Below, in pieces: positions 1-14,783 of a stretch of 64,000 nucleotides of DNA. The position numbers and the translations under genes were made by a program. The notes under the pieces were generated by a model, which was not told where the DNA came from, did not search any database, and saw only the letters and a program-made list of their open reading frames with translations. How positions within the stretch are numbered: the stretch's first letter is position 1; the number at the start of each line of letters is the position of its first letter. Origin of the DNA: Oopsacas minuta (lineage: Eukaryota > Animalia > Porifera); NCBI GenBank assembly GCA_024704765.1, contig JAKMXF010000233.1:496001-560000 (forward strand), given 5' to 3'.

Positions 1-3000
1 AAATGCCAATCAGATATCAGGAAGAGCCCAAACCACCAAATATTTGTGAGTTGCCATGGTAACCAAAGGTTCATCTATTATCTGGGTTCTTGGCTGGCAA
101 AGTACCAGTTCAGCAGCAATGAAGGACACAACCTTCGACCGTGAGACTCAAATATGCGAGGATCAATATGTCACCGTCCAAAAACGTGCCATTCCAGGAG
201 AGTCCTTGTCACAGAAGTATGACAAATCCCCAAATTCCCCAAATATTTGTGAGTTACCATAGTAACGGCTACATACCTGTACAGCTTCATTGACAACGGC
301 ATCCAATTCAGGAGGGAATACAGCAATCCATTCTTTGCTGAGTTTATGTATGACCTCTAAACAATTTTGCACAGCTACCCATTGAGCGTCTGAGAAATCT
401 GGATAGAGGTTTTTGGAGGCCAGCAGCTGGGCTATATGTTGAATTAGTTGTATGAATATTTCTGAGTGTTTTGGCTAGATAAACGCAAATAGAAATGTAA
501 ACAATGGGTGTTGTGCCCGTTTAAATGAGCGGGGTCCCCAACCAGTCGACCCCCCTGACCTCCTCCCATATACTCCTTGCTGTCCGTAGGCCAAAAAGGT
601 GTCCAAGAACCGCAGGTTGGGAACCACTCGTATAATTTTTATGAATTCGTGGCTAAATAACCGAAGTGATTCTAATTAGAGATGTTAAAATAGGACTGTT
701 AAACCTGAGAGAGTCTTCTCTGTGTATTATTAGCATAGCCAGAGGAAAAGGTGCTAACAATTGGAACTATGAAATCCATAACATAAGTCTTCCGATGTGC
801 TTCTTGAGCACTCAAACCTCCAGGTTCTGTATGTTTAAACACCTAACAAAATAAGGAATTCAAAACATACACAAGAGACTCTTGTTGATACGCTAGGGAC
901 CGTAAAATTTGAAAACTTCCCGCCTATATTATAAATTTCCTGTGAATATCTTAGAATTCCAATGATGTTTTGTGGTATCTAGGTTGTATTGAATGAATAT
1001 TTACTCACCATAGCAATATCGTATATGAAGTATTGTAGAATAGTCCACAGAGTTTTCTTGTTTATAAGGTCAGGGTCGAATATGACGTAAGCATGTAGGA
1101 GTAGGTTAGCATACTCCTTCTTAACCTAAGAGAGATTAAAGGTAAACAAACAACAAACTATCCAACTAACAAGTAAGGAAGCTAACAAACAAGTAAACAA
1201 GCTAACAAACAGGTAAACAAACAAACAAACAAACAAACAAACCTCTGCATTCGTAATACTACTATTACATAACACCTTAGCCAAATCCTCTAAAGTAATA
1301 ATAGACTGACACTTGAGTATCGTGTGTCCATTCCTACCCTCTACACAGAGGGCGATTAGCTTTATCAAGTTTAGATGATATTTATACCCTCTTAACAGGT
1401 CCTCATTGTTCCTATACATTGATTCTTCTAACATTTGTAGGGATTTCTCATCGTTACAGAGTTTTAGTACATCATCTGAACTCATTAGCTAAAGGGGTAA
1501 TAAAGTGTAACTTCCACGAACGGTGTAACAGGGGGCCAAAATGAGACCCCATCTGGGGAGGTTCATTTCTATGGGCCTAGGAATTCGCTCCAGAAGTTCC
1601 CCGTATATTTATTAAGGTAATGGGAAGAGCTATGAACTTGAAACTTGGTATGTAGGTGTCATATGATATATATTTTAGAAGGTGTTAAAATATCTAAGCC
1701 AAATTTTGACACATCTCTGAGAAAAGGTGATAAATGCTATGGCCACTCAGATTAGAGGGTTTACCCAATTCATACCAATTGACTCAAATTGGACAAAATA
1801 GGTGTCAAATGGACCAATTATGTATGAAACACGTAAATAAACAGACTCACAGTATTCATGATAATATCCTGATTCTTCACAATACATTTATTCTGTACTT
1901 TGACTACTGTTTGAAAGAAGTGTAAATATGCCATATTTGGTACTGATTCCTTCTCTATAGCTGAGATAAATTTCTGGATAATATCCTCTGTTACTTTCAT
2001 GCACAAGTCCTCGTTATTCTCAAATATACTGCGTAGAGTGTTGGATTCTTCAACCTACAAGTGTGAAAATCATATTTAGTAGGAGCTCTATTAGTGGGGA
2101 GGTCAAGCAGGCGGATAACTCGATGCCAGCTAACCAGAGGTGTTAGCACTTATCGCATCCGTTAACTCAAACAGATTTGATCCCCCTGAAGGTTCGAGAT
2201 ACCGGATGTAACCTGTACTCATATACTTACTGCATTATCTGTATTAAGTAACATCTTTATATCTTGGTATAATAATTTCTGGTTATTTTCATTTCCTCTA
2301 CAGAACTTCTGTAGAAATCTGTGTGCTTCGATGATTATTGACTCAGAAGAAACGTTCTAGTAAATAATAAAGATACATATTGTTGTTTATGTATTATCAA
2401 AAGCTCCAATGCCCAGCTAAAACGCGAAATTTCGTCCACAATTTAGTGAGACACTGCGGCACTTCAAAAATTAACTCACCTTTTCCTTAATAGCCATCTC
2501 AATAAGATTCAACACGCTTCTATGAGAACCCAAATTCCTCAATAATCTCTGTACATGAACTCTACGAGAAGTATCCTCATGACACAAGTTAGACAGTCTT
2601 AATAGAATCTAGAATATAATTAATTTGATAAATTTGCACCCTAGGGGATGGTTTGAGGGGTGTTCAAAATTTTAGCACCCTTGGAAAGGGGAAAGATCCC
2701 TTAGATAGATTTTTGGAAGCACTGTCCTCATCTTATAAACACGATACCACGAGCTACACACCTCAGCGAGGAGGGGATATAGGAAGGGGTGTATCACACA
2801 CCCTATGACTCACCATTTCCGGATTATGCATCAAGGAATCCTCAACTCTAATAGATAGTCCCCTCATAGAATGTCCACGGGTAACCCTCCCCCCCTCCTT
2901 GTAGTCATCTGATAATGAAAGGGATTTTCTGTCTAAGAATTTCTTCAGGTTTTCTAAGGCATCTTTGATTTTAAGATAATCTTCTCTGTCTGGTTCTGAT

Positions 3001-6000
3001 ACTAGCATTTGTATCTGGAGAAAGAGATTATCACAATATCGGCGCGGGGAATATTATAAATAGGCGGGAAAATGTATATAGTCATGTTGGTCAAGACATA
3101 TTTGCAAAAAAGGTGTGAAGATATGGTTAATCATATGATAAATGCTATATACCTGTTTAAAAGCATGAATGAACTCTTCTCTCTGATTAAAGTGTCTGAA
3201 AAGAATGCTTAGAGATTCCTCTTTAATACGTTTAATCAGTTTCTCTTCTTTTGAGATTTTACCCTCAGTTATTAGGAATAGAAGCACTTTTACTAACTTT
3301 TTACCAGATTCATCATCCAGTGATAGTATTTTACAAGATCTAGAAAGGTGTGAAAATATGTGTATAGCCCTCAGGGATTGGGTAGTTCCATAACTTCACC
3401 CTCAGAGCGGAGATTCCCAACCATATTTACTCGTGGACCCTCTTTAACAATTTTAACACATTCTGAGATCCTGTGGACCCCCGATTAGGAACCGATACCC
3501 TAGGGCGTGTTCAGAGGTCAAATCCACATGTATAGTATATGAACCGAATCTGTGGAATTGGAACTAACAATTCACACCTGTTGTGAACACATTCAAACAC
3601 TTACTTTGACTGGAAATACTTATCTACTTCAGTAATCATATCAAGATGATCCTCTGGGAGTATCGCCCCTTCTTTATGTCCTTTTTGTGTGTATTTATTC
3701 TTGAATAAAACTAGAATTATTGACAAACGTATGTCTAATCTTAGGTTCATAACGAAGTCAATTATCTTCAGAACCTCCAGGTAAGTTGTTTGTACCATTT
3801 CCTGAGAATATTGGAAATATTATTAGCGAGAAAATTGTCGGTATTTTCAAGAATTTATAGTTTCACCCACAGAGTTATAGGAAAGTTATTCACATACCTT
3901 TTGTTCAATCTGTTCCTTGGCTATTTCACATTCTTTCTGTGATCCAACATCTATCATGTTCTTCTCAATTAACCCCAACAAAGTGTCCGTTAAGTTGAGA
4001 AGTTTATCGAATGAATAGAATCCGAATTTTACCAGCATCTCTGCTGTGTGAACTAACTGAAATATTAATTAAGTAAAACCTGAATAGTTGTGTATCCTAG
4101 CGACATAAATAGACCCCTGATGAGGATTCAGTGGACCATATACCCCAGGACCGCCACTGGTCAAGAGTAACAAACCTCAAATATAAATTGATCTTGCTCC
4201 AGACTACATCCTAACATACAAACTTCTCTAGATAATTCCTTCTTAATATATTCCGTAGTTTCCATAAGACAATCATACACGAGGGTATCGTTCTCATTGT
4301 CTTGAATCTCATCCTCTAAGAGTTCTGGTACCTCCTTCATTAATTTCCTAACAAATGCAGAGAATAGTGTAGATTTTGTTAATAGTTTCATAGCAACAGA
4401 AGAGACACTAAATAATGCTGAAAAATGGAATTTATTCGCGGCTAATATCCCAAAATTCATTCTTTCCCGCGTCAAACAAAACACATTATGGCAACGGATT
4501 GAAGATGTAAGCGGGACATGATACTCCGAAAATATGAATCGACATGTTACTTACGAATTTCTGGTGATGACTAGTCCTATCTCTTGAGGTATATCTTGCC
4601 ATAGTCTAGCATACTCTATTGGGGATATTAATGTCTGTGGGTTAACATCCAAGTACATTGTCTGTAGCAACTTGCAATATACAGCTCGTAAGCTGAGAGG
4701 AAGATCTGTATCCTTCATGCATCTAGATAAACATGGTTACCATTAGTTTGTTTGTTTACTAGTTTGTTTTCCTGTTAGTTTGTATATTTGCTTGTTTATG
4801 TATTCGTCTTAGCTTGTTTGTCAGTCTATTGTTTGTGTATTTGTTCATAGTTCTGGCATATCTTCCACCAAATAAGTAAACGAATTAGCAACTAAATTCC
4901 TACAAATATGAACTAACTGAAAAACTGTCTGTATAGTGAGTTGTTCCTTGAGTGACGGATGATCGATAGCTGAATAATGTCTGCCGTAACATAAAGACGA
5001 ATACAACTCTAACTGCCATTTCCAATACTCATAAACCCTAGAGTACTTTGAGTCAGATTTCCTTTCACATAATTCTTTTTGTCCAATTCTATCCATTGAT
5101 TCGTTCCAAGGGACTTTTAACTGAAACCTGCCGTCCATTTCGTTGTCATCATCTTCATAACTAGAGGGGGATATTTAAACCAGTGGATCCATTTGTGTTC
5201 CACGAACGACAGCAATGGCGTCCACAGATGGGAACCGTCTGGACTGGAGGAGGTGATTGGATGAGAACATTGCCCCAGATTTGAGGATAGGGATTCATAC
5301 ACCATACTTATGGATATGACCTCTGAACATGCCTCGGAGGGTGAAATTAACAAAAATACATAAATGTTAACACCTATCAAACTCACATAATCTTAATTAA
5401 CATATTCTGTATGGGTTTATCAAGTAAATTACTCTTCACAAGTTTCTGTACAGACCTTGATATAGGAGTATCACTATTCTTCATAACACATAACGCACAC
5501 AAATGCTGTAAATATCTCGCATGTTTGTATTTATTCAATAAATCAAGGAACATGTTTATTTGTTCGTGTCCCATGTATATGTCTAGCACTTTAGCATTTT
5601 GCTTGACTAGGTGTGCCATCGTTTCTTCTGCGTTAATGCCTTTACCCAGTTGTTGTTGCATGAACCAGAAGAAGTCCTTGGCAACGTATTCCTGTAATTG
5701 GAATGTAGGGTAAGTATAGGAAATAAACAGTATAGAGAGAGAGGATTCAAGATAGAAAGGATAATATTAAAAGGTGTTACAATCTGTGTGTTAGGAGCGG
5801 AATTGATATTTTAGGGGTAATGAATATTTTAAGCGGGTAAGTATAATTCTAGGCGGGTAATGAATATTTTACACACGTAAGTATAATTCTAGAAATCTAG
5901 AGGGTGAAAATCCACAAAATCGGAAAATTTTCATGAATCCAGAAATTGTCACTACCTACATTTGTGTCGCAATTAAGAGGTGTTGATAATATCTCATAAA

Positions 6001-9000
6001 CCCGCCAAATACCTTACCTGGTTCTTTCTATATCCGTCCAATGAATGTCTAATTAATCTGTAACAAAGTTTAAACAAATGCAAACTTCCTTCAAACTTCT
6101 TTTCCGGTAAATTTTTCATCTGTACTCTCTTATCCTGATTTATATCATAAGGCCTCTTCAATAATCTGAATATCTAGATAAACTAGAACTATTAAATGGA
6201 ACTAAGTGTTAAGAACAAGGCGGCGAAAGGGGGACCAACTGACCTCTTTTAGAATATTCTGTTCTCTGATTAGTTTTTGCCTCCTCTGTACAGACTCATT
6301 CTGGATTAGTTCTACTTTAAGAGCATCATCTGTACTACCTACACACAAGACAATGATATCTGGTCACATCGATTAGAACAGAAACACATATAACTATTTG
6401 TTTGTTTGTTTTAATTCGTATATTTGGATCAGAAATCTACTTGGCCGCAAGGGGAATTTCTGGACCGAGACTTTTCCTGTAAGAATTGAAATATCAAGGT
6501 GGAACTTATGTCATCCATGGTTGCTGAACTGACACTTTAGGTGCCAGCCAAACACCTAGACCCATTTATGGATATTTCCCAAAGACAAACAACAAACAAA
6601 CAAACAAACAAACACTTGCCTTCTTTCCCACATAGAAATAGCACTAATTTTTCCAAAAGCTGTATAAGTATTTTCAATTCATTAGGCAACAGTTCCTCCC
6701 ATCTTGTACTCATAGAGTGTATCATCTTAGCAGCATCTGTAGCGAAGTCTAAATCTCTTACTTCTTGAGTAGGCACGAATAGAAGGGCGAATGCTTCTTT
6801 GTCTTCCAAGCTCTTAGAGAGTCCTACCTAGAGGTGGGGTTTATCATATGATTAATCATATTTTCACACCTTTTGGTGAATATTCAAAATTATCCAAGAG
6901 ATTAGCTTTCAGCTCCTAATTAGGTGTAAGCAGGGACGTAGAATTCGATTTTTACACTTTCAAATGTCTAACTTTGTCCCCATTTAAGTGAAGTATCCTG
7001 AATATACATATGACCTTCTGCTGTCGCGTCGCCCGTGGTCTACGAAGAGGTGTTGCCCAGCTCATCAAGGCGCCGAACAGAGCTCCCCAGAGGTGTCAAT
7101 AACAATAATAGTCAAATATACGTATGTATGTATGCACTTACCATAGTATTGTTAACACATAAAGGAATGCTAGTAGATTTAACCCAGGAGTTAGTAGCTA
7201 CGTGGTAAAGACGTATATAAGCTTTATTATAAATACTGTCATTATCTCCTTCATTACGTGTGGGATATATTTGGAATAGTGTCTGGTCCTCTAACTCGTC
7301 AGAGATCTCATCTAGACGCTCCTTTAGCTCGCCAGGTTTCTTATCTCGACGGGCATCTAGTCTGAAGTAGGGTGCTCTTTGGAGACCGATTGTAAGGACG
7401 TATTCAGTCTATATTGGATTAATTAGTATTTACATATATTGAGACGTAAACAAACAAACAAACAAATAAAACCTGTTCGGTACTGTCCTCTATGTGTATA
7501 GGTCTAGGACCATCATCATCCAATTGTTTGAAGGCAGGATTCTCACAAGCGAGTCCAAACGGAACAACAGTTAGATACTCCCTAGAAGCGAGGTGTTTAA
7601 ACCTCATCAGAGACCCATTCCATTTAGCTGACCCACTGCGAAATGGCTGACCTAGCTGCACCAACTAAAACGTAAACAACAATGATTAAAAGTGGCACAA
7701 AAGTGGCAATTGTGTCAGATAAAAAATCGTGACTCTCACTACACACCTGACGGTAATGGTGAGTGTAAATGAGTCACCTGTCCCACCAACCCCTGCCCAT
7801 ACCACTGAGATGGCATGATGCCCAATATGCAGTGTATACCGGTTATAAGAACACTCTTGTGAGTAGCATACATGTTCTTATATCTGGTATAAATATACAG
7901 GAATATATGAGAACCGTTATCCAGAGGATGGTGCTTATAACCTGCATCAACTGTACGTCCTAAAATTGGTGACAGCCTTTGGGAACACTTGCACCTGGCA
8001 CAAACTATGCCACCTACCACCATCTATGGCACTGACACAACACCTAATATATGCCAAAATGATGACAAGTGCATTACCTGTGCCTCCCACATAGCCTTGC
8101 TAGAAGTAGCTTCAGTAGGATTAGGTCTAGCAGAATATCTGAGAAATACACTGTGTCCTAACTTCTTCTTATCAAAATCTTTAGCCTTTTTATACTCTTC
8201 TCCCTCTCCGTGAGGATCACATGTTAAGAACTTCTCTTGCTCCGCGTGGAATAATCGAATAACACTTCCCTACAGATAGAACATACAGTAGACTACGGTA
8301 ACTGGGGCAACACCTTGACACGGTTGAAGTGGCGTCAGATGTACTCACCCCCTTAAGGTTAACTTCTTTATCATCAAAATGGTCCATAAACAAATACAAT
8401 TTCCAACTAACACCATTCAGTGCTCCTTGTTGTGATGACATAGCATTAACCTATAAACAACAACAAACAAATAAACAAATATTGCTGACTGGAGAGAGAT
8501 ACAAACTTGAAGTTTGGCATGTGTGAAATGTGAAATATCTAGTTACCCTTTCAAATATCTAAGCGATATCTCACTAATCTCTGAGAAAAGGTGACAAAGT
8601 GTTCTATCCCATGATAATATATTGGAAATTGCCTAACGAAGATTGAGGAACTGGAAAGGGTTACAAACTAGAAATTTGGAAAATGTGTGGAATGTGATTA
8701 ATTAGTGGAAATCTCCACATATCTCTGAGAAAAAGTTACAAATAATGTGTATGCATATATGAACTAAAGCTATAACAACAATAAATCTCACCTCAAATAA
8801 ATCTGGATAATCATTCAAATGCTTGTCAGATACATGAATAGGTTGATTAGCATGATAAGGCATTAACGTAACTTTATCACAATTTAATACCTAGACAAGA
8901 GTATTATTAATATTTTATCACCTCTGGGGGAGGGGGGGCTCTTACGGACGCTTGGATAATATCCAGTCAGGGATGATAACCCTCTGAGTAGAACATTACT

Positions 9001-10074
9001 CACCTCGTCTCCTAAGGCTTTTCGTTTGAAGATAGGACGAATATGTAGCCAGCAATTCTAATAGGAAAATAGAAATAATAATTGTTTGTTTGTTTGGATA
9101 GGTTGAAGAACTGATTTATACTTGTAAATAATAATAATAATAACAAACCTCACTTCCTTTAGCATTCAGAGATACTCTCATTGCTGTTTTCTCAACAAAT
9201 GCTGCTTGTTGTTTGTTTACAGTTAAAAACTTTCCACTTTTCATATGCAATAACTAAATAATAATAGCAAGAAATTATGGTGTCAAAATATGTAAACAGA
9301 TAAGTTCTAAAGGCGTGAAAATATGTATATAAATTACCTGACACACTGATCCATATTTTAAGATCTTTCCCTGATCTTTTTGAGCTTGTTTCTCATTTTG
9401 TGTCTCTTCTAATTCCGCAGCTTTCTGAAAGTAAATAAGAATTGTTTATTTGTTTATTTGTTTGTTTGTTGTTGGTTTGATTGTTTGATTGTTTACTTAT
9501 TTGTATTGGTTTATTGGTTTGTTTGTTTGTTTGTTTGTATGACACTTACCTTCCATTTAAGATAGTAGGCTAATTCTACAACATTAGTGTTCTTAGAGGA
9601 AATTCTCTCTGATCGTTCACATTGAGATCTTGCTGTGTATTTTAATTGAGGATATATTTTGAATAAACAATCTAAAGTAAACAGGTAAACAACAATTAAA
9701 CACTTCCTGTATAAAGTATATTATTACCTCGAATAGTAACTGGGGTGATTATTCATATTTTAACACCCTTGAACGGAGGACATAACATATAATCACATAA
9801 TCATAGCATTCTATACATGAATATATTCACCAACTCCCTAACGTGCTTCGGTGACGTGTTATGTCCCAGTTTCCATGGTTACTTCGTTGGTATTTGTCTA
9901 CACCCCTCAGCGAGGGAGGTGATCATTGAAGGGGGCTACTATTCGAGGTAATAGGTGTTAATTGAATTATAATCTGTACCACTAAATTTGTCAGGAGGAC
10001 AAGTCGGTTTTTCGTATAAATGCTTGACAGCACATCTCTCATCAACTAATCTAAACAATAAACATTAATAAAAC

Positions 10075-10130
<56 letters not shown>

Positions 10131-10287
10131 CATAAACACATATACTTGGATTATAAAATTCGTAGCTGACTGTAGCTTACCCTAGTGACGCTAGGTGTCC
10201 TTCTTTGAACAAGTTAGATCCTGGTTCAGATGTTGAGATTAGTGAGATTATATCACCTATCTTCAATGGGGCGTTGTCTGTTTCCAT
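1..10287 (-). CDS. ITPR: Inositol 1,4,5-trisphosphate receptor, 5' portion (multi-exon; continues past the left edge)
   Basis: Exon 1 [16 protein letters not shown]...GHLASLG (ATG at 10287) matches the ITPR start (LHIGDICSLY...ISTLG). Further exons: [101 protein letters not shown]|EYVAKDF. GT-AG boundaries. Confidence 0.96.
9723..9952. mobile_element. MITE family A, full copy (TA-flanked, TIR TACCTCGAATAGTA); other copies at ~13104, 15277, 17337, 18190, 29341, 29655, 31030, 36304
   Basis: Ends tattacctcgaatag / ctattcgaggtaata are inverted repeats; core ggggtgattattcatattttaacacccttgg...cagtttccatggttac...ctcagcgagggagg recurs at the listed sites; no coding capacity. Confidence 0.8.
10078..10130. 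repeat. (CAA)n microsatellite in ITPR intron 1
   Basis: About 17 uninterrupted CAA units. Confidence 0.95.
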
Positions 10288-10293
10288 GGCAAC
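10280..10293. promoter_or_regulatory. RFX X-box consensus match GTTTCCATGGCAAC overlapping the ITPR start codon
   Basis: Exact match to the GTHNYY-AT-RRNAAC X-box consensus; function untested. Confidence 0.45.
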
Positions 10294-10968
10294 GAACAAG
10301 GTGCTAAATATGTTTTCATAAAATGGTTTCTAGGTTGAAATTATAGAATGTAAGTATAGTGGAAATTCGGTAATAAGAACTCCCAATGTGATGAGAAAAT
10401 ATGAATAATTATTCACACCCTAGGAGCGTGTTCAGGGGTCAAATCTATATGAACTCCTCCTTCACACCTTTGGCGGAGTTCTCACCAAATTCAGGCCGGA
10501 CTGGGCAGGAGATAGCGACACAATAAGCCACTTAAACGACACAATTTTGCCATTTCTTAGTGTATTTAATCTAATACACATTATATAAGACTAATGTACG
10601 CAGATACAATACATTAGTAATCTAATTAGGTTAACACTTAATGGCTCAATGCGCTAATTTGGACACATAAGAGTATTAAAGCCATATGGTTACCACTTAG
10701 CACAAATGTTATGTAGAATAAGTGGATAATGATATTATATATCTACTCATTTTACTGATGGCTCCGTATGTTTGTTTACTTGTTTGTCTATGTATGTATT
10801 AATTAACACACGTGTTAGAAAATGTTCCATCTTCAAACTGCCCAACTTCCAGCACCCCTAGGGGGCCAAACTACCCCCTAAAACGAACCCATAACACATA
10901 TCATATAACTGTCATTATACTAATAATTGACATATAATACTGTAAGAGAATCCTTGTATTACTATTTG

Positions 10969-12633
10969 TTATTTTAATGATGCTAGTTTCTGTTGTGCTT
11001 TCAGTTCTTTTGCTAAACAAGAAAACAATAATAAATTCAGAAGGATAAAGGTGACAAACGTATGACTTATCAGATCCAGGCACCGTCTGTGTAGGCTACA
11101 CTGTACTATAACGAAAAGCTTTGGCAATCCCACGAGTTTAACATGTATAAAATAATCAATTCCGGTTATATAGAACCTCAAGGGACCGTGATAATTACTT
11201 TGATGTTACCTATGAAATATCCGTGTTAGATATTACGGGAGTTAACTGGATATTCACAAACCTTTCCTCTCCATTTCTCTCCGTCTAGCTGCCTCCTCCC
11301 TCTCCTTCCTTATTTGATCTAATCTAGCTATATCTCTTTTGGCTTGTGCACTAGTTCCCTCCTGCATTTGTTTAAGCTGTCTCGCTCTGTCCTTCTCGGC
11401 TTGCATTTGTTCTCTAAAGATTGTAAAGTGGGTGTCAAAATATGATTAATCATATGATAAATAATAGGTGTTGTACATAATCCATGCTAATAGGAGCTGT
11501 ACACATCACAATGAATATCACATGGAGTAGACCAATAGGATTATATGAATAGTATAAATACCTTTGTTTACGAGTCATTTTAACTTCTCCCATTTCGTCA
11601 ATTCGTATTTCCTGTTTCGCCTTCGTTCTGTTTGGATTTTCAACTTCAATTAGATGGCTTATTCCCTTGTATTTCTCCTATTAATATATAAGAACATTTA
11701 GATCAGTGGTTCCCAACCGTATTCACTCGTAGACCCGATTAACCGGTGTGATTAACAGTGTTTCATCCAGACATTTGGGCAAGAGGGGGCATTTAAGATT
11801 CAAGGGGGGCAAATGCCCCTCCCCGCCTCCCCTTAATGAAACCCTGATTAACACTATTGGTATAGTTCTGTTTCTGGATAATTGACCCGAATAACCGGTA
11901 GCTCTATTGAGCGGAGTCTATTGTATATATTATTAACGTCACTAACTGAATGCATCAAATAATATCATCATTATGCCCTGGTAACACAATAACACATAAG
12001 GAATGTATACCTCTTCATCACTAGAAGTATATTCATCATCATCATCTACTCCAGGCATGAAGCTAGCGCCTTCATTATTAGTAGGTTGTATAGTGACGTC
12101 ATCATCCTCATTCACTGACTCTAGCGTAGGAGTAGGATTGCCTCTACGTTGCTAAAATAAATGAATTGGAACTAAAGGTGAATATAGAAATATGTGAGTT
12201 TTAATTACAACAATGTACCATCCATTCAGCTTCCCTCATTCTCTGATCCTCTTCCTCTCTCAACTGATCCTCACTAGAGAATACTCTAGCTCCTCCTTTA
12301 TGCTTAACCTTCTGTCTAGGTCTACCTCCACCTAGATACAAACAACACCTTATGGAATGTATATGCATATTTACAAATCTATGAAATTCTGAGAATAATT
12401 CGTATTAGGGGAAATTTGTGAATACATGCAATAACACTATTACATTCCATAAATGCCAACCATAGTGATTAAAACAGCGTGAAGGAATGCTGTATTTCAG
12501 CGGGACGTAGTTTTCAGACTGGAGTAACAAAAACCGGGTTACGTTTTGGGGACATTACACTAAAATGGGCCCAAAAAGCGTCCCCAAACGGGAAACAAAT
12601 ATCAAACACACAAACAAACTCACGCTTTGACAT
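10969..12633 (-). CDS. PDAP1: 28 kDa heat- and acid-stable phosphoprotein (PDAP1-like), multi-exon
   Basis: Spliced reading MSKR|GGRPRQKVKHKGGARVFSSEDQL...KGISHLIEVENPNR...AKRDIARLDQIRKEREEAARRREMERK|AKELKAQQKLASLK* parallels PDAP1 ([36 protein letters not shown]). First micro-exon and last exon inferred from splice signals. Confidence 0.88.
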
Positions 12634-13345
12634 ATGTATGTATTCCTATTTCTTGTATGTATGTAATATTATTAGCTTTTTATTGAATAACAAACTCTCT
12701 TTTGGTTGTAGTCTTCAAAAATATTCCATTATATATATGAGCTAAGTTCGAAAGAACTATTTATATGAATAAATCTATTAATAGCAACATTTGATAACTA
12801 GTGTAGTGATTGTTCAATACATGTAATCATCATTGGAAAAAGGTGTGATAAATAATATATCAAGAATACAGGGAAATATTAAGAAGTGGATCATGGGAGG
12901 GCAGGTAATTGGGCACGGGTACATATGACCCAAATAATATGGGAACAAACTCATAAATTTGAAACTCCAGCTGCAGGAGAAATGAATACCCGAGTATAAT
13001 CCATTGTAGTAGTTGATAATCACCCAAATCCATTCAATATATTATTTGATGACCTTCGTAGAGAAATGTCTCAAAGATTGGATAAACTGAACTGCATTCC
13101 TAGTACATCGAATAGTAACAAGGGTGATTATTTATATTTTAACACCCTTGGACATCGGACATAACATATAATCACATACTATATTCCATGAATCATAGCA
13201 TTCTATACGCGAATATATTCACCAACTCCCTAACGTCCTTCTGTGACGTGTTATGTCCCAGTTTCCATGGTTACCTCGTTGGTATTTGGCTACGCCCCGT
13301 GGGGGAGGTGATAATTGAATTAATTCCCATTTCCTAATATTTTAG

Positions 13346-14783
13346 ATGGATATTCTAGGCTATGAAGTTCGACTACTCTACATCATCCTTGGTGCAATTC
13401 TCCTAGCATTCCTAGCGTTCCTTTCGTATCTAAGCAGATCAGGATTATTCTACACAGTAACACTTAGATTCAGCTGTCCTACACCAGATGTTATGCCACA
13501 AAAAGTGGCATATATTATGGCAAAGGGGTCGTATAAACACGCAGGACTATTGGTCAGACAAACAATGGATCTGATGAAAGATGGTAAAGTGTTTGCTCTT
13601 TATTATGATGACCCTGAAAAGGTGTTTACACATTCCGAAGATAATTTATGTAACCAAGGAGTTGACCCGGGTTGTAGATAAGATTTTTAGTCCTTAGGGG
13701 CCTTTGGAAGACACAGGAAGCGGCCCACAATGTATGCAACTATATGAGCCTCTTTTAATATATAAAATACATAAGAGCATAGTAGAACTGAGGTAGAACT
13801 GAGGTTGATTACTCGTTAGTAATCACGATTACTATTGATTACTATTTCAACAATGCAATTACCATCGTTCCCATAAAGCCCTTGGAGATTCATGTGCACG
13901 AATAATATGACCAGTCTCACTTTTGCTTATATGACTCTTTATTTAGACTAGGTGTTGATAATTACGAATGATTACATTTTGATTACAATCGATTACATTT
14001 GTAATCATAATCACCCTTATCATCAAGGTTCCTCAATCAGAACTACAGTATCTAGTAGGGTGTATGTTACCTACACAATCAGAGGTGTTAGCTGACCACA
14101 TGGATAACTCAGGATATACAATACACACATTCCCTCCTTGTAGCAACGCGCTAATAACTGAGTATCCGAATTATACAGGAATATCATTGTTCTTAGCTAA
14201 TTGGAGGATATTCCCAGAGATTAATAGGATGATGGCAAAGGTGAGAAACTGGTACTTAATATAGTTTCAATTCCAATTTGTTTATATCGATGTGTTGCGG
14301 GATTTACTTCATATCCAGTGAAAGTCTTTGAAATTCCGGGAAATGCGTTAGAGTCAATTCCTGTTATATCTAACACGAGTATTCCAAAATACCCCCTTAT
14401 ATCAAAGAGTGAAATTGTACAAATATGGTCCCAAACCGTAAAAGTAACAAATAATCCATCAGTCATATCTAAGTAATTATCACGGTCCTTTGAGCTAGGA
14501 TATAACAGGAGTTGACTGGAACCACTTTTTCCAATATTTTGTATGTTATAAAGTGTCAAACGAGTCTATTACTGCCACCAAATGGTCTGACAAAAGTGTC
14601 CGGGACAATGGAACCAATTTTGGTGTCAGTTCCAATTTATATTATTTTTAGAGAAAGCATGAAGAATTCCCTGTTATAGAAGTATACACGAGCACTTACA
14701 TCAAGTATATTGTTCCAGTTGATAACATGGCTAAATTCTATGTACCAGGAGTTAAGAGGAGACTAAAGACACATGTGGAGTAA
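13346..14783 (+). CDS. TEX264: TEX264-like protein, copy A (N-terminal membrane anchor + GyrI-like domain); exons ~13346-13621, 14028-14240, 14652-14783
   Basis: Hydrophobic N-terminus, SGLF..V, VAY...G.Y, FALYYDDP, VPQSELQYLVGCML, GYTIHTFPP, and FYVPGVK align in order with TEX264 (YSGLL, VAYKFHMGLY, IAVYYDNP, VPPDKCRCAVGSIL, GFKVFSFP, DFYVPEMK). Confidence 0.85.

Noticed and set aside
2185-2220. GGTTCGAGA resembling a tRNA T-loop / B-box
   Set aside because: No cloverleaf or acceptor stem; context (…ggttcgagataccggatgtaacctgta) looks like a pogo-type MITE end.
7017-7095. GC-rich patch in an ITPR intron as an extra exon
   Set aside because: The flanking exons (…VNNTM | [13 protein letters not shown]) already join colinearly with the ITPR consensus; no convincing acceptor.
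14221-14559. ORF MTLYNIQ…/MTDGLFVTFTVWD and similar ORFs at 16296-16538 and 53046-53300
   Set aside because: They are read-throughs of MITE family C; the recurring peptide reflects the repeat, not a protein family.
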